Below, piece after piece: positions 10,996 through 16,225 of a DNA stretch of 16,225 nucleotides. Where the stretch lies: NCBI GenBank assembly GCA_964247135.1, contig CAXTTL010000012.1, positions 1-16,225 of the forward strand, read 5' to 3'. The translations under genes were made by a program, and so were the position numbers. Source of the stretch: an uncultured Deinococcales bacterium. GTDB lineage: Bacteria; Deinococcota; Deinococci; Deinococcales; JAAFIG01. Within the stretch, counting starts at the first letter, position 1. Every line of letters begins with the position of its first letter. The notes beneath the pieces are model-generated. The model saw nothing but the letters and a program-made list of their open reading frames with translations, was not told where the DNA came from and searched no databases.

Positions 10996-11985
10996 TTACT
11001 CGAGCAGCAAATCTTGTGGCAGTTCATAGCCCAAATGAACGTAAGCATGGGGCGTGACCATTCGCCCCCTGGAAGTGCGTTTGATAAATCCAAGCTGAAT
11101 CAAATAAGGCTCGTAAACGTCCTCAATGGTCAAGGCATCCTCGGAAATGGCGGTGGCGAGCGTCTCGAGTCCAACCGGTCCACCGGCGAATTTGGTGACC
11201 ATCATCTCGAGCAGTTTGACATCGCGTTCGTTGAGTCCAACCGTGTCGTAACCCATTTTGTCCAGCGCGTCTTCGGCGCGGGTTTTGGTGATGACCTCTT
11301 CGCCCGCAACCTGGGCGTAATCGCGCACGCGGTTGAGAAGGTTTTTGGCAATGCGCATCGTGCCTCGCGCCCGCGCTCCAATCTCGAGCGCCGCGTCCGG
11401 TTCGATGCTGTAGGCGCGAATTAATGCTTCGCGCTCGAGACTCTGGGCGAGTTCTTCTGGGGTGTAAAACGCCAGGTGTTCGATGATGCCAAACCTCGAG
11501 CGCATCGGTCCAGTAATCAAGCCTGGGCGTGTGGTCGCGCCGATCAGGGTAAATCTTGGAATCGGCAGTTGAATGCTCCTCGCCGCAGGTCCTTGCCCGA
11601 TCACAATATCGAGTTTGAAATCTTCCATCGCGGGGTACAAGTGCTCTTCGGCGACGCGTCCAAGCCGGTGAATCTCGTCGATGAACAGCACGTCGCCCTC
11701 CTCGAGCGAGTTGGTCAGGATTGCCGCCAGATCGCCTGGCTTTTCGATGGCTGGACCCGAGGTCACTTTAATGTTCACGCCCAATTCGGCGGCGATGATG
11801 TGCGCCAGCGTGGTTTTGCCCAAGCCAGGAGGTCCGAATATCAAGGTGTGGTCGAGCGCCTGCCCTCGCGCTTTGGTCGCCTCGAGGTAGACCGAAAGTT
11901 TGGCTTTCAAACGTTCCTGACCGACGTAATCCTCGAGTCGGCGTGGACGGTTCGCACCTTCAAAATTGGGGCTGGGCTGGGTCAC
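10996..11985 (-). CDS. ruvB: Holliday junction branch migration helicase RuvB
   Basis: RP..LEDYVGQ, GPPGLGKTTLA (Walker A), LFIDEIHRL (Walker B), LYPAMED, GATTRPG, RSRFGI, RGTMR, YEPYLIQ.G. Confidence 0.97.
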   Translation of the reverse strand: MTQPSPNFEGANRPRRLEDYVGQERLKAKLSVYLEATKARGQALDHTLIFGPPGLGKTTLAHIIAAELGVNIKVTSGPAIEKPGDLAAILTNSLEEGDVLFIDEIHRLGRVAEEHLYPAMEDFKLDIVIGQGPAARSIQLPIPRFTLIGATTRPGLITGPMRSRFGIIEHLAFYTPEELAQSLEREALIRAYSIEPDAALEIGARARGTMRIAKNLLNRVRDYAQVAGEEVITKTRAEDALDKMGYDTVGLNERDVKLLEMMVTKFAGGPVGLETLATAISEDALTIEDVYEPYLIQLGFIKRTSRGRMVTPHAYVHLGYELPQDLLLE

Positions 11986-12002
11986 TGGGAAATCACCAAA
12001 CC

Positions 12003-12008
12003 ATTATA
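12003..12008 (-). promoter_or_regulatory. Consensus -10 box TATAAT upstream of ruvB
   Basis: Minus strand TATAAT-ggtttggtgatttccca-GTG (17 nt to the ruvB start). Confidence 0.6.
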
Positions 12009-12140
12009 TTCTGTTTTTAGCGAAATCTCGAGTGTCTCAATCTACGATTGCGCTTCAACCTTCATGCAAAGCCAGTATATTGAACGTGTGTTGAACAAAA
12101 ATCAATGGCGAGCAGACATTTTAAGCCTCGAGAAGAACGT

Positions 12141-13208
12141 ATGAAGCTCGAGGATTTGGGCTGGAACGCGTACTTCGCAGAACAATTTGAAGCCCTCAAA
12201 ACCGAAGAAAGTTTCGCAGCTCGAGTTTCAGTGGTCGAAAAAGAGGCTTTTATCATCAGCTCTGAACGCGGCGTGCAAAAAGCCAGCGTCTCAGGAAATT
12301 TTAGGTTCGCCGCCCTGGTTCGCAGCGAATTTCCAGCCGTCGGCGACTGGGTGATCGTGCGCGAGAATCTTGGCGATATTGAGCAAACCATTCTGGCAAT
12401 TTTGCCGCGCAAAACCTGCTTCTCGAGGTCGGCGGTGACCGGCAAAGACCGTCTGGGAAATGCGGTCATGAGCGAACAGGTGCTCGCCGCCAACCTCGAT
12501 TACGTGTTTGTGGTCATGGCGCTCGACAACGATTTCAACTTGCGCCGCGCCGAACGGTACGTGATTGCCGCCAAAAGCAGCGGTGCCAAACCAGTTCTGA
12601 TTTTAAGCAAAGCTGACGTTGCCGCTGATGTTCCAAATTTAATTGCCCAACTCGAGGAAACCTGTCCAGGCGTACCGATTCACGCCATCAGCAAATTTCA
12701 AAGCTCGACGCTCGAGGTGCTGAAGCCGTATTTGAGCAAAGGTAAAACGGTGGTGTTGACCGGGTCTTCTGGCGTTGGAAAATCGACGCTCATTAATCTT
12801 TTGCTTGAGTCTGACCAAGCCAAAACCAGTGAAGTTCGCTCGGGCGATGGCAAAGGGCGTCACACCACCACCTGGCGCGAGTTGTTTGTGCTGCCTGGCG
12901 GTGCGGTCTTGATTGACAATCCTGGCATCCGCGAGATTGGCGTATGGACACCGAGCGTCGAAGATACTTTTGCCGACATCGAAGCCCTGGCAAATGAATG
13001 CCGTTACAGCAAATGCACCCATACCAAAGAGCCAGGTTGTGCCGTGCTGGCGGCGTTAAAATCGGGCAAACTCGAGAAAAAACGCTATCAGAATTATCAA
13101 ACTCTTGCCGAAGAGGCGGGTTTGATTCGCACGCAAATGTCGAACAAAATCAGGTCTAAAATTCACGAAAAACAACGCAAGCAGGGCAACGCCAAAACGA
13201 GGCGTTAA
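12141..13208 (+). CDS. rsgA: Ribosome small subunit-dependent GTPase A
   Basis: PAVGDWV OB fold, LAANLD, SKAD (G4), GSSGVGKSTLIN, KGRHTTT, DNPG, CRYSKCTHTKEPGC zinc finger. Start at MKLEDLGW (12141) preferred over 12105. Confidence 0.95.
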   Translation: MKLEDLGWNAYFAEQFEALKTEESFAARVSVVEKEAFIISSERGVQKASVSGNFRFAALVRSEFPAVGDWVIVRENLGDIEQTILAILPRKTCFSRSAVTGKDRLGNAVMSEQVLAANLDYVFVVMALDNDFNLRRAERYVIAAKSSGAKPVLILSKADVAADVPNLIAQLEETCPGVPIHAISKFQSSTLEVLKPYLSKGKTVVLTGSSGVGKSTLINLLLESDQAKTSEVRSGDGKGRHTTTWRELFVLPGGAVLIDNPGIREIGVWTPSVEDTFADIEALANECRYSKCTHTKEPGCAVLAALKSGKLEKKRYQNYQTLAEEAGLIRTQMSNKIRSKIHEKQRKQGNAKTRR

Positions 13209-13217
13209 AGCTCGAGC

Positions 13218-13667
13218 TTAAACTTCTGGCGCTGGAAATGCCTCGCGGAACGAAAACGCAAACTGGCTCGAACCATTTTGGCGCAAATGCTCGAGGCGTT
13301 CTTTAGACTCGAGCACAGTTGGGACATGACCTGTCGGAATCCACCACATCGCAACCATCGCGTTTTCCATTTTCTCAAACCATTCGGAGCGACGTTTCAG
13401 AATATCGGTATGGGCACTTTTATAAACGTATTGTTTTAAGCTCTCGAGATTGTCCCAGACGCTCATGTTGACAATGATGAAGTCGTCATCGAATGGGCGC
13501 AAGCTGGTCGCGTCGTTGCCCTCACCTTGCAAGCGCCAGACAAAACCTTCGCTCGAGTCTGCAAGCGCGTTGATGCGATCAAGATTATTCACAAAGTCCG
13601 TCATTTCTGGAGACTCGAGCGGGAAACGCATTTTCGCAATGTTGAGTTGTGCCAGTTCGTAAGGCAT
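13218..13667 (-). CDS. DUF3291-family protein
   Basis: LAQLNIA, F..NLDRINALA..S.GFVWRL, IVNMSVW, H...LKRRSEWF, WW.P.GH.PT, AFSF; TAAACT (13679-13674) 6 nt before ATG. Confidence 0.85.
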   Translation of the reverse strand: MPYELAQLNIAKMRFPLESPEMTDFVNNLDRINALADSSEGFVWRLQGEGNDATSLRPFDDDFIIVNMSVWDNLESLKQYVYKSAHTDILKRRSEWFEKMENAMVAMWWIPTGHVPTVLESKERLEHLRQNGSSQFAFSFREAFPAPEV

Positions 13668-13903
13668 GGCTCGAGTTTACAGCACAAAGACCTTAAGCCC
13701 CTCGGCGGTGCTCTCAAAAAATTTCATAAAATCGCTGGTTTGAGAAATTAGTGACCAACCACAAACGTTAAAGAAAGTGTGCTGCAACCAATTTCAATTG
13801 CAGTGACCTTCATATGGATTCCACCTCGAGATGGTTATAGTGAACTGAAGTCTGCCACCGTGGCTGGCTGCCCAACCTTAAGTTTTTGCACCCAGGAGTT
13901 CAT

Positions 13904-14398
13904 ATGAAACGTTCCGCATTTGTTGGTATTTTACTGTCCGCCATTGTTCCAGCATTCTTGTTCCACTCCAGCGCCGCCATGCCGAGCATTGTCGGTGTTG
14001 CCTCCGGCGATCCGCAATTCAGCACTTTGGTCACCGCCTTAAAAGCCGCCGGTTTGGTCAAAACCCTCGAAGGCAAAGGACCGTTTACGGTTTTTGCCCC
14101 GACCAACGCCGCGTTTGCCAAAATCAAAAAAGCCGATTTGGATGCGCTCCTTAAGAACAAAGCAGAATTAACCAAAGTGCTTTTGTATCACGTGGTGGCT
14201 GGCAAAGTCATGGCTGCGGACGCCATGAAAATGAATGGTAAAACGGCAAAAACCGTCGAAGGCTCGAACCTTGACATTTCGGTCATGGGCAAGGTGCTCG
14301 AAGTGAACAATGCCAAGGTGACCAAAGCCGACATCGAAGCCTCAAACGGCGTGATTCACGTGATCGACACCGTCTTGATGCCAAAAATGATGAAGTAA
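13904..14398 (+). CDS. Secreted fasciclin (FAS1) domain protein
   Basis: Signal peptide [70 protein letters not shown] at 13894-13898 supports ATG 13904; possible -10 TATAGT at 13836-13841. Confidence 0.93.
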   Translation: MKRSAFVGILLSAIVPAFLFHSSAAMPSIVGVASGDPQFSTLVTALKAAGLVKTLEGKGPFTVFAPTNAAFAKIKKADLDALLKNKAELTKVLLYHVVAGKVMAADAMKMNGKTAKTVEGSNLDISVMGKVLEVNNAKVTKADIEASNGVIHVIDTVLMPKMMK

Positions 14399-14415
14399 GT
14401 CAGTTTTAAAACTGA

Positions 14416-14447
14416 GGCGCGATTCTTGAACGGATCGCGCCCTTTTG
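14416..14447 (+). terminator. Rho-independent terminator after the fasciclin gene
   Basis: Stem GGCGCGATTC/GGATCGCGCC (14416-14441), loop TTGAAC, followed by CTTTTG. Confidence 0.7.
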
Positions 14448-14450
14448 ATG

Positions 14451-15173
14451 TCAAGCCAAGGGTCTTTCCAGCTCGAGCTTCAAAAACGACTCGAGCGCCA
14501 CATGCGTCATGACATCCACACCGCGTTGTAAAACCTCTTCGGGTTGGTGCGCCTTGTCACCCACATAATTCGAGACGGTGCAAACGCAACCCGCCTCGAC
14601 GCCGCGCAGCATGGCAATGGTAAAAATGGCGCTGGCTTCCATCTCGACAGCTTTCGCGCCGCGTTTGAGGCGTTCCTCTTTGACCCAAGGTGGTCCGTAA
14701 TAGGCATCACCGCTCGAGATCATGCAGACGTGATGTTTGATGTTCTCGAGTTCGGCAATGTCGGCGCTGGCTTTTAACACGCGCCAGGTCGGCAGCGGCA
14801 CGGCAGGACCCTCGCCCAAGTACAATTTGGTCGTGCCATCAAACGGCAAACTGCCCTGCACGATCACCAAATCCGTCGGCTCGAGTTCGGGTTTTAACGA
14901 TCCACACGTGCCAACGCGAATGAAAACCGTTGACCCCAACTGAATCATTTCCTCGAGCACAATGGCGGTGGTCGGGCAACCCATGCCGGTGGTTTGCACG
15001 CTGACGCGTAAGCCTTTGTAGCTTCCCGTATAGCCCAGCAAGCCACGGTATTCGGTGTACAAGACTGGATTATCAAAAAACGTGTTGGCAATGTACGTGG
15101 CGCGTCCAGGATCGCCTGGCAGCAAAACATAGGGCGCGATATCGCTCGGTTCGGCTTTGACATGAATCGGCAT
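14451..15173 (-). CDS. Purine nucleoside phosphorylase, DeoD/hexameric PNP-UDP family (paralog 2)
   Basis: MPIH, LLPGDPGRA, RGLLGYTG, GMGCPT, IRVGTCG, VEMEAS, TVSN; TAAACT (15184-15179) 5 nt before ATG. Confidence 0.88.
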   Translation of the reverse strand: MPIHVKAEPSDIAPYVLLPGDPGRATYIANTFFDNPVLYTEYRGLLGYTGSYKGLRVSVQTTGMGCPTTAIVLEEMIQLGSTVFIRVGTCGSLKPELEPTDLVIVQGSLPFDGTTKLYLGEGPAVPLPTWRVLKASADIAELENIKHHVCMISSGDAYYGPPWVKEERLKRGAKAVEMEASAIFTIAMLRGVEAGCVCTVSNYVGDKAHQPEEVLQRGVDVMTHVALESFLKLELERPLA

Positions 15174-15187
15174 GTTTCAGTTTACGA

Positions 15188-15913
15188 CTAAAGCGGTTTT
15201 TCAGCCTCGAGTTTTACAATCGTCTCGAGTGCCACCAAAACCATATTGTCCACGCCGCGTTTTAAAACTTCATCTGGCACCAAACTTTCGTCGCCAATGT
15301 AATTGCTGACTGTGGCAAGACAGGCGGCTTCCATGCTGCGAAGGTGTGCCACCGTAAACACCGCACTGGCTTCCATCTCGAGTCCCAAAACACCCCTGGA
15401 TGTGAATAAACCTCGAGCCTCCTCAGCGGTCACGGCATAAAACGAATCGTCAGAGGCAATCAAGCCCACAGCGTGCGGTAAATTCGCTTCTCGAGCGGCA
15501 TCTTCGGCGGCGCGGACGATGCGAAACGTGGCAATGGGTGTGTGGTTGCCCTCGCCCATGTACTGACGGGTAGTGCCATCTCGAGCCAAGCTCGCTTGGG
15601 CGATGACCAGATCGGCTGGTTTGAGGTTCGGGCTGACGCCGCCGCAGGTTCCAACCCGAATGATGACCTTTGCACCCAGCATGGCGAGTTCTTCGCAGGC
15701 AATTGCGGCGCTCGGGCAGCCCATCATGCTGGTTTGCACACTGACCCGAATGCCCTTGTATGTGCCAGTAAAGCCCAGCATTCCACGGTGTTCGGTGTAC
15801 AGTTTTGCATTCTCGAGGAAGGTGTTCGCAATGTACTTGGCACGGTTTGGATCGCCAGGTAAGAGCACGTAAGGGGCGACATCTCCAACTTGAGCACGCA
15901 AATGAATCGGCAT
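15188..15913 (-). CDS. deoD: Purine nucleoside phosphorylase, DeoD/hexameric PNP-UDP family (paralog 1)
   Basis: MPIH, LLPGDPNRAKYIA, RGMLGFTGTYKG, MGCPS, IRVGTCGG, SDDSFY, LEMEAS, TVSN; TAGACT (15924-15919) 5 nt before ATG. Confidence 0.88.
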   Translation of the reverse strand: MPIHLRAQVGDVAPYVLLPGDPNRAKYIANTFLENAKLYTEHRGMLGFTGTYKGIRVSVQTSMMGCPSAAIACEELAMLGAKVIIRVGTCGGVSPNLKPADLVIAQASLARDGTTRQYMGEGNHTPIATFRIVRAAEDAAREANLPHAVGLIASDDSFYAVTAEEARGLFTSRGVLGLEMEASAVFTVAHLRSMEAACLATVSNYIGDESLVPDEVLKRGVDNMVLVALETIVKLEAEKPL

Positions 15914-15945
15914 GAATCAGTCTAACGCGACCAATCTCGGGGAAT

Positions 15946-15984
15946 CAAAAGGTGAGCCGAGCAGAATAGCCATCCGCTCGGCTC
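15946..15984 (-). terminator. Hairpin/terminator downstream of the tRNA-like RNA
   Basis: Minus strand GAGCCGAGCGGA...TCTGCTCGGCTC (15984-15954) followed by ACCTTTTG; lies upstream of the deoD -10 box. Confidence 0.6.
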
Positions 15985-16007
15985 GAGTGTACCGCCCAAT
16001 TTTTTGA

Positions 16008-16141
16008 CACCAACACGTTTAAGCCCGAAATTCATTTTTAGACCGTTGTGTTCTACCTTTAAACTACCAACCCATCTGGCGGGTCGGGCAGGAGATGAGC
16101 CTGCATCCAACGATTGCCGACCTCGAGCGTTTGACTTGGCG
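16008..16141 (-). ncRNA. Circularly permuted tRNA-like RNA (YrlA/Y RNA-like)
   Basis: Hand-folded minus strand: CGTTG, GAT, T arm GCAGG-CTCATCT-CCTGC, acceptor CCGACCC-GCCAGAT-GGGTTGG, TA, D arm GTTT-AAAGGTA-GAAC, A, CAACG (pairs with CGTTG); outer helices CGCCAA/TTGGTG and GCTCGAGGT/ATTTCGGGC. Ends approximate. Confidence 0.7.
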
Positions 16142-16163
16142 TTCGGCGGTGAATGCGGAAACT

Positions 16164-16225
16164 GGAGTGAGAGTCTGAAGTTCTTTTTGGTTTGGGCTGC
16201 CTCTACCGTTGGGCTACCCCACCGT
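16164..16225 (-). ncRNA. 3' part of a probable second tRNA-like (YrlA-like) RNA, cut by window edge
   Basis: GGTGGGG-TA-GCC-CAACGGTAGA-GGC-A is a tRNA 5' acceptor strand plus D arm, but no anticodon or T arm follows. Confidence 0.5.

Noticed and set aside
13712-13803. Short inverted repeats TCTCAAA/TTTGAGA and CTGCAA/TTGCAG upstream of the fasciclin gene
   Set aside because: Arms of 6-7 bp could arise by chance; no regulator can be assigned.
14401-14414. Palindrome CAGTTTTAAAACTG
   Set aside because: AT-rich, lies just after a stop codon, no supporting context.
16008-16141. Two-piece (permuted) tmRNA
   Set aside because: No G3-U70 alanine identity, G discriminator, a paired D stem and no room for a tag ORF.
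15922-16224. Minus-strand ORF (62 aa in track, open to the window edge)
   Set aside because: No recognisable protein features; it runs through the tRNA-like structures, a terminator hairpin and the deoD -10 box.
16164-16225. Canonical or intron-containing tRNA gene
   Set aside because: No anticodon stem, no U33 and no matching 3' acceptor strand downstream.

Overview
Chromosomal housekeeping region of a bacterium that looks like Deinococcota, judged from the many genes with a TANNNT -10 box 5-7 nt before the start codon (leaderless layout) and from a short Thermus-type Hom and DeoD-like proteins. Genes in order: partial ORF, hom, MogA/MoaB-like gene coupled to a class I/II aminotransferase, greA, DUF59 and two rhodaneses, a metallo-beta-lactamase-fold hydrolase, a small hypothetical, a GH2 beta-galactosidase, an AlkD-like glycosylase, an HTH/PIN toxin-antitoxin pair, ruvB, rsgA, DUF3291, a fasciclin protein and two tandem purine nucleoside phosphorylases. 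Two signals are not explained by the ORFs. (1) CTCGAG occurs about 132 times by hand count, against about 4 expected, in all reading frames and in intergenic DNA, like a HIP1-type highly iterated palindrome. (2) The right end carries, on the minus strand, a circularly permuted tRNA-like RNA (T arm, acceptor stem closed by a GCCA-containing loop, D arm) resembling YrlA-type Y RNAs, preceded by the 3' part of a probable second copy cut by the window edge.
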